Positions 1-8,494 of a stretch of 64,000 bases of DNA are shown in pieces (the stretch's first letter is position 1; every line of letters begins with the position of its first letter). A program made the translations under genes and the position numbers. This DNA comes from Candidatus Curtissbacteria bacterium RIFCSPLOWO2_02_41_11 (GTDB lineage: Bacteria; Patescibacteriota; Microgenomatia; Curtissbacterales; GWA2-41-24), in contig MFBU01000015.1 in the NCBI GenBank assembly GCA_001775055.1, forward strand, positions 4,487 through 68,486, read 5' to 3'. A model generated the notes under the pieces. That model did not search any database, was not told where the DNA came from, and saw only the letters and a program-made list of their open reading frames with translations.

Positions 1-257
1 TTAAAGGTGCCGGCGGCTAAAAAAGTTGAAGCGCTGGCAGAAAGTATAAAAAGTAATGCCGGAAAGAAAATCTTATTTTCAATCTTTAATGATTTTTTAA
101 TCGCAAGAGCATATATAATAAATGTTAAATCTGTTGCCAGAACGAAAATATCGGCAAGAGTAATAGCCCCTGATGCCCCTAAAAACGGTAATCTAATAAG
201 TTGACCAGAGATTATTGAAACAAGAACGGCAATTAAAAGAAGAGAAATTGCTTGCAT
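1..257 (-). CDS. membrane protein, N-terminal part only (ORF runs off the 5' window edge); starts ATG at 257-255
   Basis: Reverse-strand translation from ATG(257) is open to position 1 and strongly hydrophobic (MQAISLLLIAVLVSIISGQLIRLPFLGASGAITLADIFVLATDLTFIIYALAIKKSLKIENKIFFPALLFILSASASTFLAAGTF). It is absent from the ORF track, probably because it is incomplete. The overlapping + ORF 7..204 is probably spurious. Confidence 0.35.
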   Translation of the reverse strand, partial: MQAISLLLIAVLVSIISGQLIRLPFLGASGAITLADIFVLATDLTFIIYALAIKKSLKIENKIFFPALLFILSASASTFLAAGTF

Positions 258-278
258 TAGTGAGTTTTCCGCAGTTTG

Positions 279-437
279 TGCACGCACCAGGACTTGAACT
301 TGGGAGATCCCGCCTAAATTTAGTGGGCTCATCAGGACTCGAACCTGAGGCCTTTCGCGTGTGATGCGAATGCTCTACCAACTGAGCTATGAGCCCAAAA
401 TTTTTGGCGGGCTGCTCTGCCACTGAGCTATGCGTGC
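279..437 (-). tRNA. interrupted/nested tRNA gene of unknown isotype: 5' half 437..406 and 3' half 324..279, with tRNA-Val plus A/T spacers inserted in the anticodon-loop region
   Basis: The 5' half reads GCACGCA-TA-GCTC-AGTGGCA-GAGC-A-GCCCGCC (acceptor 5' strand plus consensus D-arm). The 3' half reads AGGCGGG-ATCTC-CCAAG-TTCAAGT-CCTGG-TGCGTGC-A (T-arm with TTCAAGT loop plus acceptor 3' strand). The acceptor strands GCACGCA/TGCGTGC pair perfectly over 7 bp, and the anticodon-stem strands CCCGCC/GGCGGG are complementary. Between the halves lie AAAAATTTT, then tRNA-Val, then ACTAAATTT. Confidence 0.45.
325..396 (-). tRNA. tRNA-Val (anticodon CAC)
   Basis: The reverse complement reads GGGCTCATAGCTCAGTTGGTAGAGCATTCGCATCACACGCGAAAGGCCTCAGGTTCGAGTCCTGATGAGCCC. 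It has a 7-bp acceptor stem and a canonical D-arm (GCTCAGTTGGTAGAGC). The anticodon stem TTCGC/GCGAA carries loop ATCACAC, so the anticodon is CAC. The T-arm is TCAGG-TTCGAGT-CCTGA. CCA is not encoded. Confidence 0.85.
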
Positions 438-483
438 GTTCTGCCCAATTGAAGCAATTTTAACATATAAGTATAATTAAAAA

Positions 484-1062
484 ATGGACATTCGCCAAAC
501 TCTTTGGGCAGTAATTCGTGAAATTATCCAAACAGCTTTAGTTTCACTGGCTATTTTCCTTTTTGTCTATGTGTTTTTAGTTCAACCTCATCGGGTTAAA
601 GGCGAATCAATGCTTCCCAATTTTTCAGATGGAGAATTACTCTTAACTGAAAAAGTTAGCTATTATTTTTCAAAACCTGCCCGTGGAGATGTAATTGTTT
701 TTGAAGCCCCGAATGCCCATAAAGTAGATTTTATTAAACGCATCGTCGGACTGCCTGGGGAAACTGTAAGTATTGAAAACGAAACTGTAGAAATCAACGG
801 CCATCCACTTTCCGAAAATTATACAAATTCTGCCACACAAGGCAATTCAACAATAACGCTTGATCAAAACCAATACTTCGTACTTGGTGATAACCGTAAT
901 TCCTCATCCGATTCAAGATCGTTTGGCCCGATTAACAAAAGTTCTTTCCGGGGAAGAGCCTGGTTGGTTTATTGGCCGATAATCAAAACTGGCGGTTCAA
1001 TGGGGGTAAGATTCGTCTCAAAGAGAGAGTATAGCATCCCTGATACGCTTAATGACTTTTGA
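484..1062 (+). CDS. lepB: signal peptidase I (S26 family)
   Basis: It has an N-terminal TM helix. The S26 motifs are present: SMLPNF (catalytic Ser box), KRIVGLPGE and GDNRNSSSDSRSFGPI. The length is 192 aa. Confidence 0.85.
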   Translation: MDIRQTLWAVIREIIQTALVSLAIFLFVYVFLVQPHRVKGESMLPNFSDGELLLTEKVSYYFSKPARGDVIVFEAPNAHKVDFIKRIVGLPGETVSIENETVEINGHPLSENYTNSATQGNSTITLDQNQYFVLGDNRNSSSDSRSFGPINKSSFRGRAWLVYWPIIKTGGSMGVRFVSKREYSIPDTLNDF

Positions 1063-1848
1063 AGTGGATTCAAGGTTACCCTTAGCAACAAATTGAACCT
1101 TGCCTTCAATTCTTGACTGGCTAATCTTAGCCTTAACTAAAACGCCATCGCTTGACAACCTTTGTGATAATTCCTCTTGAAATTTATCAAGTTCTTCATT
1201 TTCGATCCTTAAGGCCTGAGTTTTTTGTTTAGGCGCGATATTTTCTCTGGCTTTCATCTTGCGGGCAAGTTCCTCGGCACCCCTCACAGATAAATTTTTA
1301 CTGAGAATTATTTTATATGCCTCAAGTATTAAATGAGGATCTTCCAAAGAAGCCAGCGCCCTTACATGGCCTTCGGTAGTAGCTCCTGTTGCCAGCGCAT
1401 CCTTTAAAACATCGGGGATTGTCAAAAGCCTAAAGGTGTTGGAAACATAAGGAGCGCTTTTGCCAATTTTGACGGCAATTTCACCGCTTGTTAGGCCGAA
1501 TTCTTCAATAAGCCTTTTAAAAGCCTGAGCGCGCTCCAGAGGATTCAGATCAACTCTTTGAACATTTTCAATAATGGCCATCTCCAGCATTCCCTGCGGA
1601 GTTGTTTCTTTAATAATTACCGGAACCTTTAGGTGGCCTGCAATTTTAGCTGCTCGCCACCTGCGCTCACCGGCAATTATTTGATATCCGGCCGGCGTTT
1701 TGGCAACAACCAAAGGTTCCAAAACGCCATGTTCTCGGATGGAATCAACAAGCTCGACTAAAGAATCAGGGGTAATCAATCCACGGGGCTGAAGCGGATT
1801 GGGTTGTAGCATGTCAAGATCAATTTCAAAGATTTGGTTTTCTTCCAC
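1018..1848 (-). CDS. parB: ParB/Spo0J-like chromosome partitioning protein (no adjacent parA)
   Basis: It carries the ParB box GERRWRAAK, an HTH region (KIGKSAPYVSNTFRLL) and the N-terminal ParB motif LQPNPLQPR. Confidence 0.8.
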   Translation of the reverse strand: MEENQIFEIDLDMLQPNPLQPRGLITPDSLVELVDSIREHGVLEPLVVAKTPAGYQIIAGERRWRAAKIAGHLKVPVIIKETTPQGMLEMAIIENVQRVDLNPLERAQAFKRLIEEFGLTSGEIAVKIGKSAPYVSNTFRLLTIPDVLKDALATGATTEGHVRALASLEDPHLILEAYKIILSKNLSVRGAEELARKMKARENIAPKQKTQALRIENEELDKFQEELSQRLSSDGVLVKAKISQSRIEGKVQFVAKGNLESTSKVIKRIRDAILSL

Positions 1849-1854
1849 CTTATT

Positions 1855-2103
1855 TTAACTTACTATTTCGACATATTTTTTGCCGAATTTCTGCTTAAAA
1901 GCAACTATACCTGATTCGACTGCCAATATTGTATGATCACGCCCTATCATTGTGCCGCGGCCCGGGTAAAATTTGGTACCTCTTTGACGAATGATGATAT
2001 TTCCAGGAGAAGCGCTTTGCCCACCAAAAACTTTCACGCCCAAGCGTTTGCCGGCCGAATCGCGATTTTTAACTGTCGCTCCGCCACCTTTTTTATGTGC
2101 CAT
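1855..2103 (-). CDS. rpmA: 50S ribosomal protein L27
   Basis: The N-terminus is [24 protein letters not shown] and the size is 82 aa. Confidence 0.9.
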   Translation of the reverse strand: MAHKKGGGATVKNRDSAGKRLGVKVFGGQSASPGNIIIRQRGTKFYPGRGTMIGRDHTILAVESGIVAFKQKFGKKYVEIVS

Positions 2104-2191
2104 GGTTCTCTTGGGATTTTACTTTTATTTTCACAAACTGTCAACGCTTTGGTTGTTTATAGATTGATATAGTTTGTAGCAGGAATGTTAA

Positions 2192-2509
2192 CTAGACCTG
2201 GATTTTTTCGATCAAAACTTTTGTTTTGGACTGCCTGTGGCCCCTGATTCTCAAATAATGGGACTTAGATTTAAATTTGACTACTCTTACTTTTTTACTC
2301 TTAAAATCTTCTAATATTTTGGCTTTGACTGCAGCTTTTTCAAGCAAGGGTTTACCAATTTTGAGGGTTCCATTTGAACTAACAAGAAGAACCTCGTCAA
2401 ATTTAACCGAGTCCCCTTCTTTTTTACCTATTTTCTCAACTTCTAGAGTCTCGCCTTCTTGGACTTTATATTGCTTGCCGCCAGTCTTGATAACTGCCCA
2501 TGTATCCAT
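2192..2509 (-). CDS. rplU: 50S ribosomal protein L21 (ORF track extends to 2527; likely start is the internal ATG giving MDTWAVIKTGGKQYKV)
   Basis: The L21 signature is AVIKTGGKQYKVQEGE. It lies upstream of rpmA as in the conserved rplU-rpmA operon. Confidence 0.8.
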   Translation of the reverse strand: MDTWAVIKTGGKQYKVQEGETLEVEKIGKKEGDSVKFDEVLLVSSNGTLKIGKPLLEKAAVKAKILEDFKSKKVRVVKFKSKSHYLRIRGHRQSKTKVLIEKIQV

Positions 2510-2551
2510 AGAAGTGAATTTTAACATTTAACTTGTTAGTACTCAACTAAA

Positions 2552-3601
2552 TCATTGACGATTAAATCTTATAATTGAAAAAATTACTCCTAATAAAAAA
2601 AGTGTAGATATCAGTGAAGATCCACCATATGAATAAAGCGGTAGAGTAATTCCGGTTATTGGTAAAAGTCCCATATTCATGGAGATGTTAACTGTATATT
2701 GAAGAATTAAGAATGAAGCTGTACCAACTATAACTAGTTGTCCGAAACGGTCAACCGAGCCTGTAATTTTTAGAATTTTATGAATTAAAAAGGAAAAAAG
2801 GATAATAAGAAGTACACCACCCAAAAAACCCAATTGTTCAACAGTTGCTGCAAAAATAAAATCGCTTTCGGCCTCCGGCAAAAATTTGAGCCCAGACTGA
2901 GACCCACGACCTAAACCACGACCTATAAACTCACCAGAACCAACTGCAATTTTTGACTGAATAAGATGATAACCAGTTCCTAAGGGATCAGCACTAGGGT
3001 TTATAAATGTTTTGATTCTGGCCTGTTGATACGGAGCAAGTAGTTTGAACAAAATTGCCCCTAAAATTAGCAGGGATATAGATAGATAAGTTAGATGTTT
3101 TGGACGAATTCCGCAGGCAAGTGAAATTCCAAACCAAATTCCCAAAATGGCCAAAACATTGCCAACATCCGGCTCCCAAAAAATCAAGCTAATCACAGGT
3201 AAAATAATTAAGAAACTATAAATTAAGTTTTTAAAATCCGCTGCCGATCTTTCTAAATAAAAAACGGCAAGTATGAAAATAGTACCGACTTTGGCAATTT
3301 CTGAAGGCTGAAAGCGAAATATTCCTAAATCAATCCAGCGTACTGATCCGCGCACCGGCTCTCCCACTAAAAATAACAGTGAAAGAGTAAAAATTGCCAA
3401 AAAGTAAAAAGGGATAGAGAGCTTTCCCCAAATTTTATAATCCAGAAACGAGATTAAGAATAAGGTAACTAAACCAATAATCCAAAAAACAAATTGATTG
3501 GCGGCGAGATTTTTATCAATCGAGAAAATCACTAAAAGAGAAAGTGAACCGATTGCCAAAATTACTAAAAACAACAAAGCATCCCATTTTTTTTTCATCA
3601 A
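2552..3601 (-). CDS. SEDS-family peptidoglycan glycosyltransferase (RodA/FtsW-like; second SEDS copy, outside the dcw cluster, so probably RodA)
   Basis: It has about 10 TM segments and the SEDS motifs PEAESDFIFA and GGSSLIS. Confidence 0.75.
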   Translation of the reverse strand: MMKKKWDALLFLVILAIGSLSLLVIFSIDKNLAANQFVFWIIGLVTLFLISFLDYKIWGKLSIPFYFLAIFTLSLLFLVGEPVRGSVRWIDLGIFRFQPSEIAKVGTIFILAVFYLERSAADFKNLIYSFLIILPVISLIFWEPDVGNVLAILGIWFGISLACGIRPKHLTYLSISLLILGAILFKLLAPYQQARIKTFINPSADPLGTGYHLIQSKIAVGSGEFIGRGLGRGSQSGLKFLPEAESDFIFAATVEQLGFLGGVLLIILFSFLIHKILKITGSVDRFGQLVIVGTASFLILQYTVNISMNMGLLPITGITLPLYSYGGSSLISTLFLLGVIFSIIRFNRQ

Positions 3602-3622
3602 TTTTAGATATTTTTATGAAGT

Positions 3623-6541
3623 CTAACCTATTCTAATTTCTAGCTTTGAGGATTTTATCAACCTCTTAGCCAAAGTTTCGCGCTTGATGTAATCTTCAAA
3701 TTCTTTCGGCCAAGAAGGTAAACGGACAATAATTTTCTCACTAAGATTACAGCCTGCCTCTTTTCTAGCCTGCTGAATTTGCCGAACAATTTCCCGAGCT
3801 TGCCCTTCAGCTAATGCTTGATTGCCGGCACTTTTAAGATGTGTGATATTACCGCTAACAGCAAATTCTTTCCCTATCCCTTTAAATATTCCCTCATACT
3901 CTAATTCTTTAACATTGACTTCATCTCTGAGTATTTTTAAAACGCTTTCCGAGATTGGTGCTGGTCCTTCATACGTAATATTGATTAGAGGAATTCTTAC
4001 TTTAATCTCGCTCATTTTTCTAAAGGCATGAATTACAGATGCGAGTTTTATTGCATTTTCCATGTCCTTCTCTATTTGCGGTTCTGATTTTAACTTTTCT
4101 AGATCGGGCCAGTTGGAAAGGTGAACTGATTGTTTACCTGTTAAATTCCTATATATCTCATCACTTACAAAGGGAATCATTGGCGCTAATACTTTTGAAT
4201 ACTCGGTTAATGTAATATACAGAGCTTGATAGGCATCATCTTTGTCCTGGGCATTTTCGGCTGTTGGACCAATTCTGTCTCTTGACCGTCTAACAAACCA
4301 ATTTGATACGTCTCTGATTACAAAAATTTCTGCATTTCCAATTGCATCTGCAGCATTATACCGTTCTAGGGCCTTTTGAACATTTTCTATATTTCCTCTT
4401 AATCTTGAAAGTAACCAGCGGTCTAGTACATTTACAGGTTGAAATTTATCTTTGAGGGACCAATTTTCAGTATTGGCGTAGTTTACGAAAAATGCATAAA
4501 CATTCCAAAGTCTTAAATAAAACCAACGTCTCACCTCATCTGCCCGATGGTAACCAAATAACAAATTGTCTACCGGATTCTGCCGTAGATACATCCAGCG
4601 CATAACATCAACGCCGATTTTATCTGCAGCATCGTTAAACTCGATGGCATTGCCTTTGCTTTTGTGCATTTCCTCACCTTTTTCGTCAAGAAGCGTGGCA
4701 AAACCTAAAACAGTTTTTGTGGGATTGGTGTTTTTAAGAACGGTTGACATGGCAATAAGACTGTAAAACCAATTTTTGAATTGACCAGGGAATGATTCGG
4801 TAATAAAATCGGCCGGAAACCAATCAGGCGGCATGGTTGAAAAAGGTACAATGCCGGCGTCAAGCCAAGGATTGCCAACATCGGGAATTCTGAAGGACAC
4901 TTCCCGACACTTGGAACATCTGATCTTTACCGAATCAATCCATGGTCGGTGTGGTGAGTTCCCTTCAAATTTGTCCCAGCCTTCGACTGCTTTACTCTTG
5001 AACTCTTCTTTGCTTCCAATTACCTCAAAATTACCGCATTTTGCGCATTCCCAAACGGGCAGAGCCAGACCCCAATAGCGTTTTTTGGAAATAAGCCAAT
5101 CTTGCATATTGGCAAGCCAATCAAGCTCGCGCTCCAAACCCCAAGATGGAATCCAGTTGATTTTTCTGGCAACTTTTATCATTTGTTGTCTTAAGGTCTC
5201 TTCCGACTTCTGACTTCCGACTTCTGACTTCCGATCCATGGCAATATACCATTCATCTACCACTCGCCAAACAAGTTCGGTTTTGCAGCGCCAGCAGACC
5301 GGATAACGGTGGGTATAGTCTTCAATTTTAAATAAGACGCCTTTCGCCTTTAGCTTTTCGATAACTAGGCTTGGATTTTCTTTGGCATTTTTGCCGGTTA
5401 GATCATCGAATCCTTCGATGTAGTTGGCTGATTCATCAATTGACTCAACGATGGCTAACTTTTCTTTTTTCGCCAAATCAAAATCTTCCTCACCCGCGCC
5501 AGGAGCGATGTGAACTAATCCTGTCCCCTCTTCGGCAGTAACTAGGTCTTTATCGGCAACGATTTTATGTTTGACTCCTTTAAGTGCCGGGAGTTCATCG
5601 AATACTCCTTCATAAGTAAGTCCGACTAATTCCTTGCCCTTGAGCAATTTTGGGGGTCTCTGATTAAAACCAAGTGATTTAGCTATGGTTGATTCGATGA
5701 TTAAAGATTCTCCATTGATTTTCCAAAATCCATATTTAAGCTCTGGATTAACGGCAATGGCAACATTTGATGGCAGAGTCCAGGGCGTCGTTGTCCAGAC
5801 GAGGAGGAACAATTGACCTTTGCCGCCGTTGGCGAGCCTCGCCCTTCGCGGGACTCTTGACTCTTGACTCTTGACTCTATACTTTACATAGACTGCCTTG
5901 TGAGTTATTTCCTGATATTCTTCGGTTAAAATCTCGTGCTGGGAAATGGCTGTGCCGCAGCGGGGACACCAGGGAACAGAATCTCTTCCCTTATATAAAT
6001 ATCCCTTTTGATGACAAACTTTTAAGAAATTCCAGATAGCATAGTTATTTTCATCGGATGAGGTGTGGTAGGAGTTGTCCCAGTCCATAAAATAGCCAAG
6101 ACGCTTGCTTTGTTCAGTCTGGATTTTTGAATATTTTTTGACGCGCTCTTTGCAAAGATTAACAAATTTGTCGATGCCAAATTTTTCGATATCCTTTTTA
6201 TTTTTAAAACCAAGCTCTTTTTCGACTTCGACTTCGACCCAAAGGCCCTGTTCGTCAAAGCCATTTTGAAAACGCTGTTTTGCGCCTTGCATATTGTAAA
6301 AGCGCTGCCAGAGATCCTTGTAAGTTCGGCCCCAGGCGTGGTGAACGCCCATGGGGTTGTTGGCAGTAATCGGACCGTCAAGAAAGGAGAATTTTTTCTT
6401 AGAGTTTTTGTTTTTTTCTAAATATTTTTTGACAATTCCCTCTTTATACCAATTCTCGAGCAGCCTTTTTTCCATAGCCACAAAATCCTGCTTGGGATCA
6501 ACCGGTTTAAATTTGCCACTTTTTCCTACCATGTGTGTCAT
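3623..6541 (-). CDS. ileS: isoleucyl-tRNA synthetase (class I); real start may be the second ATG at 6532 (MVGKSGK) because the first ATG lies inside the -10 box
   Basis: The HIGH-region variant is PITANNPMGVHHAWGRT and KMSKS is present as KSKGN. Zinc-knuckle-like CPRC/CWRC/CAKC/CSKC pairs are present, as is the WTTTPWTLPSN editing-domain motif. At 972 aa it contains two low-complexity insertions encoded by heptamer repeats. Confidence 0.85.
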   Translation of the reverse strand: MTHMVGKSGKFKPVDPKQDFVAMEKRLLENWYKEGIVKKYLEKNKNSKKKFSFLDGPITANNPMGVHHAWGRTYKDLWQRFYNMQGAKQRFQNGFDEQGLWVEVEVEKELGFKNKKDIEKFGIDKFVNLCKERVKKYSKIQTEQSKRLGYFMDWDNSYHTSSDENNYAIWNFLKVCHQKGYLYKGRDSVPWCPRCGTAISQHEILTEEYQEITHKAVYVKYRVKSQESRVPRRARLANGGKGQLFLLVWTTTPWTLPSNVAIAVNPELKYGFWKINGESLIIESTIAKSLGFNQRPPKLLKGKELVGLTYEGVFDELPALKGVKHKIVADKDLVTAEEGTGLVHIAPGAGEEDFDLAKKEKLAIVESIDESANYIEGFDDLTGKNAKENPSLVIEKLKAKGVLFKIEDYTHRYPVCWRCKTELVWRVVDEWYIAMDRKSEVGSQKSEETLRQQMIKVARKINWIPSWGLERELDWLANMQDWLISKKRYWGLALPVWECAKCGNFEVIGSKEEFKSKAVEGWDKFEGNSPHRPWIDSVKIRCSKCREVSFRIPDVGNPWLDAGIVPFSTMPPDWFPADFITESFPGQFKNWFYSLIAMSTVLKNTNPTKTVLGFATLLDEKGEEMHKSKGNAIEFNDAADKIGVDVMRWMYLRQNPVDNLLFGYHRADEVRRWFYLRLWNVYAFFVNYANTENWSLKDKFQPVNVLDRWLLSRLRGNIENVQKALERYNAADAIGNAEIFVIRDVSNWFVRRSRDRIGPTAENAQDKDDAYQALYITLTEYSKVLAPMIPFVSDEIYRNLTGKQSVHLSNWPDLEKLKSEPQIEKDMENAIKLASVIHAFRKMSEIKVRIPLINITYEGPAPISESVLKILRDEVNVKELEYEGIFKGIGKEFAVSGNITHLKSAGNQALAEGQAREIVRQIQQARKEAGCNLSEKIIVRLPSWPKEFEDYIKRETLAKRLIKSSKLEIRIG

Positions 6542-6548
6542 TATATCA
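6540..6548 (-). promoter_or_regulatory. extended -10 box TGATATAAT for ileS; leaderless or near-leaderless start
   Basis: The minus strand reads GCTGATATAATGACACACATG. TATAAT is followed 7 nt later by the ATG at 6532. Confidence 0.4.
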
Positions 6549-6619
6549 GCAGATCACTTCAGTATGAATGCCAATGACGTTGCTTTATATTTAAATACCT
6601 GATAAACTTTGCCACACTT

Positions 6620-7006
6620 ATGCCAGTAGAGAATCGAAACGTTCATAGGGTATTATCAGATCTATTAGTGAGGAGCTCAAGGGGCGCACTTAGGGAAGAA
6701 TCGCGACATTTGCCTCCTCAGTTGAGAAGTTTTCCAGAACTACAAGAAGAGTCCAAATTAGCTGAAGAAGTTAGATTGGCTCAAGCAGCTGTATGGGACT
6801 CTGATGAAGCTCTCAAATTGATAAGTCAGCTCTATGGTGTTGGTGCTATTACCATGTCTGACTATTTAGCTCAAGGCGTAACCCCAGATTTAGTAGCAGG
6901 GATGGGAATTCTCGCCAAAGCACAATATTGTGAGGTAGATAAAAGTGCTATCAGAATCACAATTTCTGGGATGAGATTTGTGGAAGACCAACTTAGGGAT
7001 TTTTAA
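6620..7006 (+). CDS. hypothetical protein (128 aa), GC-richer than surroundings
   Basis: It is the only sizeable ORF in a 580-bp gap and sits on the opposite strand to its neighbours. No motif was recognised. Confidence 0.35.
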   Translation: MPVENRNVHRVLSDLLVRSSRGALREESRHLPPQLRSFPELQEESKLAEEVRLAQAAVWDSDEALKLISQLYGVGAITMSDYLAQGVTPDLVAGMGILAKAQYCEVDKSAIRITISGMRFVEDQLRDF

Positions 7007-7117
7007 GGTATTGATATTTCTTCTTTTTCAATTTTTTTTAAAGAAACTTGTTTCTAGACTTGACGGAAATTATTTTTATTTATTATACTTTTGCAAAGAT
7101 TAAGGTTTTATTTAGAA

Positions 7118-7828
7118 TCAAGCTGTAACCTTCAAAGTTTTTTCAAAAAAATCAGCAACCTCAGTATTTATTTTCTCAAGATCCACACCTCTGATGTCAT
7201 GATTTGCGCCTTTGATAATTTCTAACTTTTTGACTTTGGAGTCTAAAGATTTGAGAAGTCTTTGGCTTTGGGCAAGAGGCACTACATCATCTTGATCACC
7301 ATGAATAATTAAAGTAGGAGCTTTAATATTTTTGGCTTTTTGGTAAATATTGATATTTTTGGTTTCATGACGAAACCTTTTTCCACGATCATTGGAGATT
7401 TGCACCTTAGACCAATCTGATACCGGGGCTTTAAGAGCAAGCGCTTGAATTGGATGATCTGTTGCATAAAGTAGCGCGATGTAGCCACCGAAACTTGAGC
7501 CATAGATGGCAATTTTCTTTTTGCCTAAGGTTTTGATTGCAGATTTTAAGTCATCCAAACCGTAAAGTGGCGTAATCTCATCGATATTCCCTTGCGATTC
7601 TCCATGTCCAGTAAAATCAAATCTTAAAACCGAAAGTCCACTCTCAACCAACTTTTGAGCCAGAGCCCGGCTGGTAATCGGATTATCCTTTGAACTGTGA
7701 AATCCATGGCACATGATAATGGCTGGTGCGCTGCGATTCTCTCCCTCAAAAATTGCCGAAAGGTTCAATCCTCTTGAATTTTTGAAGCTTCTTCTTTCTC
7801 TAAACATAATTTTTCGAAAAACTATCAC
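7118..7828 (-). CDS. alpha/beta-hydrolase (dienelactone hydrolase/S9-like); GTG start at 7828 or ATG at 7807
   Basis: GxSxG is present as YGSSFGG. A C-terminal HGDQDDVVP box is also present. Confidence 0.7.
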   Translation of the reverse strand: MIVFRKIMFRERRSFKNSRGLNLSAIFEGENRSAPAIIMCHGFHSSKDNPITSRALAQKLVESGLSVLRFDFTGHGESQGNIDEITPLYGLDDLKSAIKTLGKKKIAIYGSSFGGYIALLYATDHPIQALALKAPVSDWSKVQISNDRGKRFRHETKNINIYQKAKNIKAPTLIIHGDQDDVVPLAQSQRLLKSLDSKVKKLEIIKGANHDIRGVDLEKINTEVADFFEKTLKVTA

Positions 7829-7854
7829 AATCTATGATATATCAGAAAATGTGA
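7825..7854. promoter_or_regulatory. palindromic operator, copy 1 (TCACAATCTATGATAT|ATCAGAAAATGTGA)
   Basis: It is an imperfect copy of the 33-bp palindrome ATCACATTTTCTGATAT-N-TCAGAAAATGTGAT and overlaps the start region of the hydrolase gene. Confidence 0.5.
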
Positions 7855-7859
7855 TGAAA

Positions 7860-8450
7860 TTAGATTCCAAAATACCTCCTGTAAGCTGCTTCATTTTCGA
7901 GACTGCCAACTTTTAAAATTTGGACTTCGTTGCCAATTTCAAATAACAATCTCAAATACTCAATTTCATCTTCACACTTAAAAGGAGTAAGATAAACGCT
8001 CCTTTGGAGTTTTAAAAACCTAAGTTTGTTCAACATAGTTCTAAACATTTCGCTATTTGCCCTTTTTCCAGTTTGGACATCATAAATTACCAGACGCCAT
8101 TTGCCATCCCAATTTGATTCAAGCACCATTTCATCTATTTTATATCTTAAGAGTTTTTGTTTACCTTTATGGGTAATTTTAATTATCGGAACACCTTTTT
8201 CCTCTTTGACTTCTACCAGTTTGGAGCTTTGCATCCTTTTTATCACTTGTCTAAGCCTCCACAGATTAAACTTTTCCCATTCCTTTTGTCTTTTGTTTCT
8301 ATCCGCTTCTTTAACAACATCAATAAAGGGTTTTGCCGCCATTGGTAGCCCCGGGAAAATAATACTTGCAGCTAGAAATGCACCCGCTCCTAATAGCATC
8401 AGAACTTCTTTTGTTTTCGGATCAATTTTAACCTGACTGATAACTTTCAC
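7860..8450 (-). CDS. putative transcriptional regulator, PaaX-like (N-terminal hydrophobic segment, winged-helix-like middle, PaaX_C-like C-terminus); GTG start
   Basis: The C-terminal pattern WDGKWRLVIYDV...R...LR..L...FLKLQRSVYLTP resembles the PaaX C-terminal domain. Its own upstream region carries the palindromic operator. Confidence 0.4.
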   Translation of the reverse strand: MKVISQVKIDPKTKEVLMLLGAGAFLAASIIFPGLPMAAKPFIDVVKEADRNKRQKEWEKFNLWRLRQVIKRMQSSKLVEVKEEKGVPIIKITHKGKQKLLRYKIDEMVLESNWDGKWRLVIYDVQTGKRANSEMFRTMLNKLRFLKLQRSVYLTPFKCEDEIEYLRLLFEIGNEVQILKVGSLENEAAYRRYFGI

Positions 8451-8462
8451 AAATTAATAATA

Positions 8463-8494
8463 TCTCAATTTCTGATATGTCAGAAAATGTGATG
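8463..8494. promoter_or_regulatory. palindromic operator, copy 2 (ATCTCAATTTCTGATAT-G-TCAGAAAATGTGAT)
   Basis: It lies 13 nt upstream of the GTG start of the PaaX-like gene. Each arm is about 15 bp and the left arm has 2 mismatches. Confidence 0.5.

Noticed and set aside
193-423. 76-aa minus-strand ORF and the 65-aa plus ORF 7..204
   Set aside because: The 193..423 ORF runs straight through the tRNA-Val and the tRNA halves. The 7..204 ORF is antisense to a better, hydrophobic minus-strand membrane-protein frame (1..257). Both are judged spurious.
279-437. tmRNA or permuted tmRNA explanation for the split tRNA-like halves
   Set aside because: Both a D-arm and an anticodon-stem complement are present. 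tmRNA lacks these, and the locus is far too short for tmRNA.
2994-6381. Antisense or internal ORFs within rodA-like and ileS (for example 2994..3179, 3822..4031, 4566..4766, 4833..5078, 6022..6381)
   Set aside because: They are fully nested in well-supported genes on the same or opposite strand and have low-complexity translations.
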